Shown: one piece after another, positions 19,782-27,955 of the stretch
Layout: the number at the start of each line of letters is the position of its first letter
How positions within the stretch are numbered: the stretch's first letter is position 1
Source: an uncultured Gammaproteobacteria bacterium
GTDB lineage: Bacteria > Pseudomonadota > Gammaproteobacteria > Pseudomonadales > Azotimanducaceae
Length of the DNA stretch: 64,000 nt
Direction: 5' to 3'
Assembly (NCBI GenBank): GCA_963812255.1
Contig: CAWEUM010000007.1
Span: 51,347 to 115,346 of the forward strand
The notes under the pieces: generated by a model
Databases searched by the model: none
What the model saw: the letters and a program-made list of their open reading frames with translations, nothing else
Told to the model about the DNA's origin: nothing
Position numbers and translations under genes: made by a program

Positions 19782-20246
19782 ATGAATCCCCAGATCATTG
19801 AGCACTATGAACTGCTGGTTGTCGGTATCGAGACGACCACCACTGCTGCAACGTTCGCGGCAGATATGCGCAGCCAAGGCGAACTGGCCGACCAGCTCGA
19901 GTTGGAATCGAAGATCAAGCATCGCGTTGATCCAGACGCATATCTTGTTCTGCTATGGAATTGGTCATCAGACGGCGAGTTCCCGCTGATGACTGCAGTT
20001 GAAGTCACGTCCGATGAAGGCCAGCCAGGTGAATGCGTAGTCCAACGCCTTCCAGCTTGCGATTTTGCCGTGTTTTCCATGAGCGGATTGGTGCCCGACC
20101 TCGCTGAACCTTGGCCTGAAATACTGGCGTGGTATCCGCTGGATCTCGAAGGGCTCAGAACCACGATTCGTCGGTACTACCAGGCGACTGGAAACGGAGA
20201 AATCTTGATTCCCATGGTGCCTCACTTGCAGCCTAAGAGGAGTTGA
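19782..20246 (+). CDS. GyrI-like / AraC effector-binding-domain-like small-molecule-binding protein (no DNA-binding domain)
   Basis: 154-aa ORF from ATG 19782. Size and alternating beta pattern fit the family (weak recognition). G+C looks lower than in the neighbours. Confidence 0.55.
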   Translation: MNPQIIEHYELLVVGIETTTTAATFAADMRSQGELADQLELESKIKHRVDPDAYLVLLWNWSSDGEFPLMTAVEVTSDEGQPGECVVQRLPACDFAVFSMSGLVPDLAEPWPEILAWYPLDLEGLRTTIRRYYQATGNGEILIPMVPHLQPKRS

Positions 20247-20475
20247 TTGTCGATCGCGGCCTGCATCGACTCGGCGTGGTGTCCGCTATCTTGTGTGGAT
20301 TCAACCGGTCGACGCAACACATTGATTGAACCGCTCTGCGGGTGATCTAAAGTCCAACGTCTTTCTAGGACGCTCGTTGAGTCGGCGCGCAACTGAATTC
20401 AGTTTCGCTTGTGAGTGGCTCGCCTGCTGATAATTGGACCAGCTGATAAGTTAGGGTTTCTCGGAGGAGGAGCCC

Positions 20476-20739
20476 ATGAAGAAGCGATTTACCGAGGAGC
20501 AGATCGTACGGATATTGCAGGAATCGGAAGCTGGGATGTCGACGCGGGACGTGTGCCGCAAGCATGGTATTGCGGAGCAAACGTTCTACCGGTGGAAGAC
20601 GAAGTACGGCGGTATGGACGTGTCGGATGCAAAACGGTTGAAGGCACTCGAGCACGAGAACAACGAGCTGAAGAAGATCGTCGCCGACCTGACGCTGGAC
20701 AATCGGATGTTGAGGGACGTGAACGCAAAAAAATTCTGA
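20476..20739 (+). CDS. IS3-family transposase OrfA (HTH)
   Basis: MKKRFTEEQIVRILQESEAGMSTRDVCRKHGIAEQTFYRWKTKYGGM... is the IS407-group OrfA pattern. GGAGGAGG lies upstream. Confidence 0.9.
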   Translation: MKKRFTEEQIVRILQESEAGMSTRDVCRKHGIAEQTFYRWKTKYGGMDVSDAKRLKALEHENNELKKIVADLTLDNRMLRDVNAKKF

Positions 20740-21599
20740 GCCTTCCCGAGCGGCGGCGTTGCGCGACGTACCTGAAGGCCCATTACGACGTCAGCGAACG
20801 CCGCGCCTGCCAGGTGATCTCGTTGCAGCGGTCGAGTTATCGATACCGCGCACGCCGCGATCCGATTGATGCGACCCACCAGGAAGTCGTTCGGCTATCC
20901 GACCGATACGACTACTGGGGGTATCGGAAGATCCACGACCTGATGCAGCGGGCCGAGATCGCAGTCGGACGCGAGCGGGTGCGACTGATCCGTCGTCGGG
21001 AAGGCTTAAAAGTCCGCCAGAAGCAGCATAAACGCAAGGTATTGGGCCGCAGTACGCAGTGGGTGCATCGTGCCCAGCATCCGAACCATGTCTGGAGCTA
21101 CGACTTCGTCATGGATCAGACGATCGATGGTCGGACGCTGAAGTGTCTGACCGTCGTCGATGAGTTCACGCGCCAAGGACTGGCAGTTCGGTGTGCGCGG
21201 AGCATGACGGCGGTCGATGTCGTGCGCGTGCTGACAGAGTTGATGAAGAACCACGGTAGACCGGAATGTTTACGCAGCGACAATGGCCCGGAGTTCATTG
21301 CTAAGAGCGTCCAGCACTGGCTGTCGAAGCGTTCGGTGGGAACGCACTACATCGACCCAGGCAGTCCGTGGCAGAACGCTTACAACGAAAGCTTCAACAG
21401 TATCTTCCGAACGACCTGCCTGAACAGGTGGGCATTTGAGTCAGTCGTCGAGGCCAGAGCCGTCATCAGACAGTGGCTCGAGGAATACAACACAGTTCGC
21501 CCACACGGATCACTAGAGGGGCGTTCGCCTTCCCAATTCATTGAGGATTGGGAAGACGCACGCTCGAAACCAACCACGAAACAGAGATCCCTAACTTGA
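20727..21599 (+). CDS. IS3-family transposase OrfB (DDE/rve), expressed as an OrfAB fusion by -1 frameshift
   Basis: A AAA AAA at 20727-20733 in the orfA zero frame. The -1 frame continues KKILSLPERRR... with HVWSYDFV, LRSDNGPEF and QNAYNESFN (D, D, E regions). Confidence 0.85.
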   Translation, partial: KKILSLPERRRCATYLKAHYDVSERRACQVISLQRSSYRYRARRDPIDATHQEVVRLSDRYDYWGYRKIHDLMQRAEIAVGRERVRLIRRREGLKVRQKQHKRKVLGRSTQWVHRAQHPNHVWSYDFVMDQTIDGRTLKCLTVVDEFTRQGLAVRCARSMTAVDVVRVLTELMKNHGRPECLRSDNGPEFIAKSVQHWLSKRSVGTHYIDPGSPWQNAYNESFNSIFRTTCLNRWAFESVVEARAVIRQWLEEYNTVRPHGSLEGRSPSQFIEDWEDARSKPTTKQRSLT

Positions 21600-22241
21600 T
21601 CGCTGGACCAAAGATCGTGGGCTTGCCATGAGTGAGCCGACAGGTCCGTTCCCTTTGGGAAGTACTGCCTCAGCAAGCCGTTGGTGTTTTCATTTGAGCC
21701 TCGTTGCCAGGGGTTTTGTGGATCGCAGAAGTACACTGCAATGTCTGTTGCCAGCGTGAAGCGTTGATGGTCCGCCATCTCCTTGCCGCGGTCCCAGGTC
21801 AGCGACTTCCACAACTCCTTAGGCAGTTTGTGCGCTTGTTTGATCAGTGCGTCGATCACCGTTTGGGTGTCTTTGCCATCGATCTTCGCCAACATTACGT
21901 ATCGCGTGTGCCGCTCAACCAATGTCGCAATGTGACTGTTGTGATGCTCCCCCGTTTCTCCGGACACGTCGTTAAGGATTTTTCTGTTCGAACAGCATGG
22001 GGATCTGATGTCCGATAGCAGAATGCTTGCGTTGCCGGTTGTAGTACACCTCGATGTATTCAAAGATCGTGGCCGTGGCCGAACGTCTCGAGGCATAGCG
22101 TTCCCGATGCACCAATTCGACTTTCAGCGTGTGGAAAAAACTCTCCATCGCCGCATTGTCGTAACAGGTTGCTCGACGACCCATGCTGCAGCGTAAACCG
22201 TTGCGCTGGATCAGACGTTGGTAACGTGTTGCACAATACTG

Positions 22242-23699
22242 GGCGGATTCCATCGGTCGTTGCAACATCTCCAGATGGGAGGTGTTAGATGGGACGACCA
22301 AGAGGTTGGACAACGCAGCAGACAGGTCGGGAGCCAATGCGCTCGCCAGGTCGGCCATGCGTCAATCAGCGTGAAGCCAGACAGGCGTTTTGGAAGTGCA
22401 TCGCGGAAGGGATGCAGAGTGAATCCGCCGCGTTAGCGTGCGGCGTGTCGCAGCCGGTGGGGACGCGGTGGTTTCGAGAGGCTGGTGGAATGCCGTCGAT
22501 CAGTTTGGCGCCGGGCTCGAAGCGTTATCTGTCGTTTGGTGAGCGCGAGGAGCTTGCATTGTTGCGAGCTCAGGGGGTGTGGAATTCGCGAGATCGCCCG
22601 ATGCTTAGGCCGATCACCTTCGACAATCTCGCGCGAGCTGCGTCGTAATGCAGAGACTCGTGGCGGTACACTGAAGTACCGCGCTACGGTTGCGCAGTGG
22701 AAAGCCGAGCGGGCTGCCAAGCGCCCCAAGACTGCCAAGCTCGTGGAGAACGAACCACTGCGACTCTACGTGCAAAAACAGGCTTGCAGGCGCGGTCACG
22801 GATGCCAAGGGCCGACCGATCTTGGGACCCAACGTATCCTGGAGGGGGCGACGTCACGGCCGCCGTGCGGACCGACGGTGGGGCACTCTCGCCGGAGTCC
22901 AGAGCAGATCAGTCGCCGGCTGCGTATCGACTACCCCGATGACGAGACTATGCGGATCTCCCACGAAGCCATCTACCAATCACTTTACGTTCAAGGCCGC
23001 GGAGCGCTGCGGCGCGAGCTATCCGCATGCCTGCGCACCGGTCGGGCTCTGCGGGTGCCACGTGCCAGAACACAGCAGCGCGGAAAAAACTTCATCGCTC
23101 CTGAGGTGATGATCAGCCAGCGGCCGGCCGAGGTCGCTGAGCGCGCTGTACCTGGTCACTGGGAAGGCGACCTAGTCATCGGCTTGCAAAGCTCTGCGAT
23201 CGGCACCTTGGTTGAACGTACAACACGGTTCACGATGTTGCTGCATTTGCCGCCGATGGCGGGACATACCTCAAGCACCAGAGCCAAGAACGGGCCGGCG
23301 CTGGCCGGCCATGGTGCCGAAGCTGTCCGCGATGCCATCGCTGCGAAGATCGCCACGTTGCCGGAACAGCTCCGCAAATCGCTGACTTGGGATCAGGGTG
23401 CGGAGATGGCCCAACATACACAGTTGCGCATTTATACCGGCTTGCGATCTACTTCTGCGATCCACGGAGTCCTTGGCACGGGGTACCAACTATATAGACA
23501 CCAACGGGCTATTGCGGCAGTACTTTCCGAAGGGTACCGACCTCAGCTTGATATGGCGAGCATGAGCTCGACGCAGTGGCTGCTGCTCTCAACAGCAGGC
23601 CTCGCAAAACCCTCGGATGGAAGGCGCCAGTCGAAGCACTCGAGGAGTTACTATCCACAGCTCAAGCAACCGGTGTTGCAACGACTCCTTGAACCTAAG
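22242..23699 (+). mobile_element. IS30-family element C (1458 bp) with a decayed transposase gene
   Basis: Flanked by the 3-bp direct repeat CTG (22239-41 and 23700-02). The inverted repeats share the core GTCGTTGCAACA. Confidence 0.8.
22289..23692 (+). pseudogene. IS30-family transposase of element C, at least 6 frame disruptions
   Basis: Homologous segments lie in different frames: ...EREELALLRAQG / GIREIARCLGRSPSTISRELRRN / RLAGAVTDAKGRPILGPNVSWRGRRHGRRADRRW / SPEQISRRLRIDYPDDETMRISHEAIY...GHWEGDLVIG...LTWDQGAEMAQH / LAIYFCDPRSPW / RGTN..TNGLLRQYFPKGTDLS / ELDAVAAALNSRPRKTLGWKAP. Confidence 0.85.
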
Positions 23700-24286
23700 C
23701 TGACTGCCCCGGTCTGAATGGATGATCGTGCCCTTCGGGAAGGCACGCCGGGACAGCGCCATGGTCAACGCATCGGCGACGAGCTGCTGCGTCATACGCC
23801 GGTTCATCGACCAACCAACGATGGCGCGAGAATACAGATCCATCACCACGGCCAGATACAACCAACCCTCGTCGGTCCACACGTAGGTGATGTCGCTCAC
23901 CCACTTCTCATTCGAAGCTATCGCGGTGAAGTTTTGCTCGAGCAGATCCTCGGCCACTGGTTTGTCGTGGTTCGAATCGGTGGTCACCTTGAACTTCTTG
24001 CACTGGATCGCCTGGATGCCCAACACCCGCATGCGCCGCGCCACGCGGTTCTCGCTGCACAATAATCCTTGGCCGTTGATCTCATCGACAATCCGCGGCG
24101 CGCCATAGCGTTGCTTGTGCTGGCTGAACACCTGCCGGATGTGGCCATCCAGGATGCCATTGGCGAGTGCTCGACGGCCTGGACGGCGATGCACCCAGTC
24201 GTAGTAGCCGCTGGTCGATATGTTCAACACACTGCACATGAGATTGATTGGCCAGACCTTCTTGTGCGCATCGACAAACCGATATC

Positions 24287-24583
24287 TCATCGGCTTTCCT
24301 TGGCAAAGAAGGCCGTGGCCTTTTTTAGGATGTCTTTCTCCATCCGCAGCCGACGGTTCTCTTCCTCCAATTCGCGGATCCGTTGCTGTTCCGGCGTGAG
24401 CTTGCCGTGGCCCGCAAACGCATGTTCCGGTTGTCCTTCCAGTTCGCGTTTCCAACGGCCAATCAGGTTGCCGCGAATGCCAAGGCTGCGGCCCGCCTCG
24501 GCGTTGCTGTAACCCTGGTCAACGACCAGCGATACCGCTTCTCGCTTGAACTCCTTGCCAAACTCTCTGCGCTTCTTCGTCAT
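24287..24583 (-). CDS. IS3-family transposase OrfA of element B
   Basis: MTKKRREFGKEFKREAVSLVVDQGYS...LTPEQQRIRELEEENRRLRMEKDILKKATAFF. The slippery heptamer A AAA AAG lies at 24326-24320 (minus strand). Confidence 0.85.
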   Translation of the reverse strand: MTKKRREFGKEFKREAVSLVVDQGYSNAEAGRSLGIRGNLIGRWKRELEGQPEHAFAGHGKLTPEQQRIRELEEENRRLRMEKDILKKATAFFAKESR

Positions 24584-24649
24584 CTAACACCTCGTTTCGG
24601 ATCATTGTATGACCCTTAACTCGGTGTCCGAAAATTCGGGGGAAGATCA

Positions 24650-24728
24650 GGGACTCGCCTTTCTGCCATCGATCCCACATCAGAGTCTTGTCAGCTTCGG
24701 TGTAGTAAATCCTCGTCCTGTACTTCAT
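24650..24728 (-). pseudogene. N-terminal 26 codons of the element A IS30-family transposase
   Basis: ATG at 24728 encodes MKYRTRIYYTEADKTLMWDRWQKGES and then runs into the end of element B at 24649. Confidence 0.75.
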
Positions 24729-24883
24729 CGACAACACTCCTTCTCCGTTCCAGGAGATTAGGGTGTTGCATCGACCGGTTGAATCCACATGGCCCCCCCG
24801 ACAATCATCACCACGCCATTCGTTCGGGAATGGGCTCAGCGCTTAGCCGGATGCAGTTGCCGACGTCGCGCGTCCTCCGTTCT

Positions 24884-25339
24884 TCAACGCAATTTTCGGT
24901 AGGTCCGTGACTGCCGCACCACGGGATCCAGCAAAGAAAGATCACCCACTTCGACGGTGTTGCCTCTCGGAAACGGCGGCCCGGCGGCCTCACCAATCCC
25001 TTCGAGCACTCGGTCATCCTGGTAGTAGCAGGCGTAGGTGTGAAGCAGAAGGTTACCGAACAGAGCTGGATGGGTTTTGCTGAAAGCTTCTACGGCGGTG
25101 ACCCTGTCTGCCAATGCCTGGCCGGCGAATGCCCCATCGAAATGTCCAACGATGTCCACTACGCTCGCGACGAAATCCGCTGCGTTGTCGTTGAGGTAGC
25201 CGATGAAATCCAGCACCTGAGCACTCGGCATGTTCCCGTCGTCACTTGCAGGTACGAGCGTATCCAGCAGCGCCGACAGCGTCTGCCGTTGCTGCGGCGT
25301 CAGCGGATGGTCTGTGGCGATGACATCGTTGATCGTCAT
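24884..25339 (-). CDS. gluconate 2-dehydrogenase subunit 3-like small subunit (no Tat signal seen)
   Basis: 151-aa ORF. LTPQQRQTLSALLDTLVPASDDGNMPSA...DFIGYL resembles the family N-terminal motif. It sits 5 nt downstream of the GMC flavoprotein gene. Confidence 0.65.
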   Translation of the reverse strand: MTINDVIATDHPLTPQQRQTLSALLDTLVPASDDGNMPSAQVLDFIGYLNDNAADFVASVVDIVGHFDGAFAGQALADRVTAVEAFSKTHPALFGNLLLHTYACYYQDDRVLEGIGEAAGPPFPRGNTVEVGDLSLLDPVVRQSRTYRKLR

Positions 25340-25344
25340 GCGGA

Positions 25345-26961
25345 TCAGTCGAACAGGTTTGCTAGATTTTTTTTCATCGTGTCGGCGATATACAACGCGA
25401 GCGCCTGAATCGTACTGGTGGGGTTCACGCCACCGGCGGTGACGAAGATGCTGCCGTCAACAACGAACACGTTCTTCACGTCGTGACTGCGACCCCAGGA
25501 ATTCACCACGGATCGTTGCGGATCATTGCCCATTCTTGCGGTACCCAGCAGGTGCCACCCGGCATCCCTGGCCACGCCGGAGTTGCCGATTGTCTTGGCA
25601 CCAGCCGCCTCCAGAACCTCCTTTGCGCGCGCCTGTCCATGCGCCAACATCTTTTCGCTGTTATCGCTGAGACGATAATTGATTTTCGGCGCGGGAATGC
25701 CATCGGAGTCGACCAGAGTCGGATCCAGGCTGACGGTGTTGTGTTCTTCCGGCAGGTCCTCACACAGAACGCCAATCGATGCGACGTGATCGAATGTTTT
25801 GCCGAACGCTTCGTGATGTCCGGGTCCCCACGGAATGGAGCCCGACGCGTAGCCCTGCATCGCGGTCGCGAGCGGCCCTGCACCGCGGACGATCTGCATG
25901 TTGTAGCCGCGCACGAAGCCACGCGTCGGATCGGTTTCGTAAAATTCCTTGCTGAGGATACAGCAACCCTGCGGGCCTTTGTGGCTGTCCAAACGTTCCT
26001 CGAAGACGCCCTGCACGAAGCAGATGGGATGGAACATGAGGTTTTTTCCAACGAGACCACTGCGGTTGCATAATCCGTCGGGGAACTGCGCAGATTTTGA
26101 ATTCAGGAGTATCCGCGGCGTGCCCACACCGTTGCACGCCATCACCACCACTTCGGCTTTCTGATGACGCTCGACGCCGTCCGCGTCGTAGTAGATCACC
26201 CCGTCCGCCATGCCGTGATTGTTCAGCGTAATCCGACTGACGCGACACCGTGTTCTGAGTTCGACACCTTTTCTGAGCGCTTCCGGCCAGTAGGTCACGT
26301 CGACGCTGGATTTGGCGCCTTGCGAACAGCCGGATATACAAGGCCCAAGGTTCAGGCATTTGTCTCGCCCTTCGTAGGGGCGCGTGATGATCGCGCTGTC
26401 CGACGGCCACCAATGCCAGCCCAGCTTGTTGTATCCCCGCGCGATGGTTTCCCCGACAAGACCGAGCGGAATCGGCGGCAGCGGTGGTTGCTTGGGCGGA
26501 TACATCGGGTCTCCAGCCAGCCCGGCAACCCCCATCTTGCGATCGTTCTGCGAGAAGTACGGCTCCAGCTGGTCGTAGTCGACCGGCCAATCCTCGGCAA
26601 CGCCGTCCAGAGTTTTCACCTTGAAGTCCGACGGGTGCAGGCGCGGGAAGTGAGCTGCGTAGAGAATCGTACCGCCGCCGACACCGTTGAAGTTGACCAC
26701 GTTGATGGGCGATTCAGCGTTGTTGATCGGATAGTCCGTCTTCAGACCACGGACATTGGGATTGATGTTGTAGGCACCAAACTGCTGGCTTTCCCAATCT
26801 TTTCGGGTGCTTGGATACTCAGAAGAATTTGTCCAATCACCCTGCTCGAAGCAGACGATCCGCATGCGCGTATCAGCGAGGCTCCACGCCACGGCTGCGC
26901 CGGACGCTCCAGCGCCGACAATCAGAACATCTATCGGGTCCGCTTCGGAGGTTCTCGGCAT
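25345..26961 (-). CDS. GMC-family FAD-dependent oxidoreductase (flavoprotein subunit)
   Basis: DVLIVGAGASGAAVA (GxGxxG). Start moved to ATG 26961 (MPRTSEADP...), which has AAGGA 9 nt upstream; the listed start is 26991. Confidence 0.9.
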   Translation of the reverse strand: MPRTSEADPIDVLIVGAGASGAAVAWSLADTRMRIVCFEQGDWTNSSEYPSTRKDWESQQFGAYNINPNVRGLKTDYPINNAESPINVVNFNGVGGGTILYAAHFPRLHPSDFKVKTLDGVAEDWPVDYDQLEPYFSQNDRKMGVAGLAGDPMYPPKQPPLPPIPLGLVGETIARGYNKLGWHWWPSDSAIITRPYEGRDKCLNLGPCISGCSQGAKSSVDVTYWPEALRKGVELRTRCRVSRITLNNHGMADGVIYYDADGVERHQKAEVVVMACNGVGTPRILLNSKSAQFPDGLCNRSGLVGKNLMFHPICFVQGVFEERLDSHKGPQGCCILSKEFYETDPTRGFVRGYNMQIVRGAGPLATAMQGYASGSIPWGPGHHEAFGKTFDHVASIGVLCEDLPEEHNTVSLDPTLVDSDGIPAPKINYRLSDNSEKMLAHGQARAKEVLEAAGAKTIGNSGVARDAGWHLLGTARMGNDPQRSVVNSWGRSHDVKNVFVVDGSIFVTAGGVNPTSTIQALALYIADTMKKNLANLFD

Positions 26962-27064
26962 TTCGAGGTTGTCCTTTCTGTCGTGAAACAACCCGCAGCG
27001 TCAGGCGCTGGAACCTGACGCTTGCGGGCAACGAGGCACTGCAAGACGTCTTGATGTCACACAG

Positions 27065-27787
27065 TCAATCGATGAAATCCGGGTGAGCTTTCGCGACGCT
27101 CTCCAACAACCCAGGCCACGCCGTCTGTCCAGCAGCGCCGTCCATGAAATCGCGTACCAGCGGCGCCAATTCAGCGCGTATCTCCGGCGCAATTTCCGCA
27201 ACGGGCGCACCGCCAGCTAACGCGCGAATCTGGCTGCTGCACGCCCGCTCCAATGTATAAAGGCGGACATAAGCATCGGCCACGCTCTTGCCTACAGACA
27301 ACGTGCCATGGTTGCGCAGCAGCATGTTGCCGTACCCGCCAAGATGTGCGACGAGCTGTTGTTCATCGCCGTCGCCAATGCCCGCATATTCGTGATATCC
27401 GAGATCGTCGCGCACGAGCAGTGAAGTCTGTGACAACGCGAGTAGCCCGCCCGCTTGTGCGGAAACTGCTATTCCGTCGACCGTGTGCAGGTGAAGAACA
27501 CAATTTATCTCGGGACGGGCACGGTGGATGGCGCCGTAGATTGGAAATCCGAGTTCATCTATGGGGCTCGCACCCTCGACGATACGCCCAGTCAAATCCG
27601 TCTTCACCAGCGACGATGCAGTCACCTGCCGACACAGTTTCCCGTACGGGGTAACCAACAACCGATCCGGTTCGCCTGGGACACGCGCCGTCAACTGCGT
27701 GAAGATGAGATCATCCCATCCTTCCATGGCGATCAGTCGGTGTACCGCGGCGAGGTCGCGCCGCTGTTCTGTTTCATTCGCGGCCAT
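27065..27787 (-). CDS. class II aldolase/adducin family protein
   Basis: 240-aa ORF with VLHLHT and LLRNHGTLSVG motifs. Confidence 0.85.
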   Translation of the reverse strand: MAANETEQRRDLAAVHRLIAMEGWDDLIFTQLTARVPGEPDRLLVTPYGKLCRQVTASSLVKTDLTGRIVEGASPIDELGFPIYGAIHRARPEINCVLHLHTVDGIAVSAQAGGLLALSQTSLLVRDDLGYHEYAGIGDGDEQQLVAHLGGYGNMLLRNHGTLSVGKSVADAYVRLYTLERACSSQIRALAGGAPVAEIAPEIRAELAPLVRDFMDGAAGQTAWPGLLESVAKAHPDFID

Positions 27788-27955
27788 GGGTCATCGAATC
27801 GCGCGCTGGGAAAACGACCGTACCAACCTCCTTCACTTGGGTAAAGGCGATCGTGTCGCTGCCCATCGGCTCCGCAGTTCTGCAACGCGGCCGACATGGG
27901 TGCAATTCGATTCCGCGGAATCGCGCACCTTCATCTGGAAGCAGTCCGCCAGTCG

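Larger units (their letters stand above)
20416..21628 (+). mobile_element. IS3-family (IS407-group-like) insertion sequence, apparently intact, 1213 bp
   Basis: Ends TGGC... / ...GCCA with imperfect inverted repeats of about 40 bp (shared TTGGnCCAGC-GATnAAGTTAGGG). Flanked by the 4-bp direct repeat TGAG (20412-15 and 21629-32). orfA/orfB carry an A7 slippery run. Confidence 0.85.
20301..21941 (-). pseudogene. IS30-family transposase of element A, C-terminal about 140 codons, split by the IS407-like element
   Basis: 21941-21629 encodes NSHIATLVERHTRYVMLAKI...LTWDRGKEMADH...YFCDPQNPWQRGSNENTNGLLRQYFPKGTDLSAHS. 20415-20301 continues in frame with QAKLNSVARRLNERPRKTLDFRSPAERFNQCVASTG-stop. Confidence 0.85.
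21972..24326 (-). pseudogene. IS3-family transposase OrfB of element B, split by element C
   Basis: The upstream part ends ...TIIHSDRGSQ at 23700. The downstream part resumes at 22241 with (Q)YCATRYQRLIQRNGLRCSMGRRATCYDNAAMESFF...YYNRQRKHSAIG. Removing 22242-23699 plus one CTG copy restores the frame. Confidence 0.85.
21942..24649 (-). mobile_element. IS3-family element B (about 1247 bp without its insert), interrupted by IS30-family element C
   Basis: Terminal repeats TGATGCTCCCCCGTTTCTCCGGACACGTCGTTAAGGA (21942->) and TGATCTTCCCCCGAATTTTCGGACACCGAGTTAAGGG (24649<-), about 27/37 identical. orfA is intact and orfB is split. Confidence 0.85.
20294..24789 (-). mobile_element. IS30-family element A, carrying three other ISs nested inside it
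   Basis: 27-nt terminal inverted repeats GTGTTGC(G/A)TCGACCGGTTGAATCCACA at 20294-20320 (reverse complement) and 24763-24789, 26/27 identical. Transposase fragments lie in three pieces. A possible 2-bp TG duplication sits at 20292-93 and 24790-91. Confidence 0.8.

Noticed and set aside
20415-20726. N-terminal 104 codons of the listed 394-aa ORF 20415..21599, considered as an independent start for the IS3 OrfB.
   Set aside because: This part overlaps the IS end and orfA in another frame. IS3-family OrfB is reached by a -1 frameshift at the A7 run, so only 20727 onward is meaningful.
24808-25017. 69-aa ORF next to the IS nest.
   Set aside because: It overlaps the 3' end of the subunit-3-like gene in another frame. 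It has no SD and no motif.
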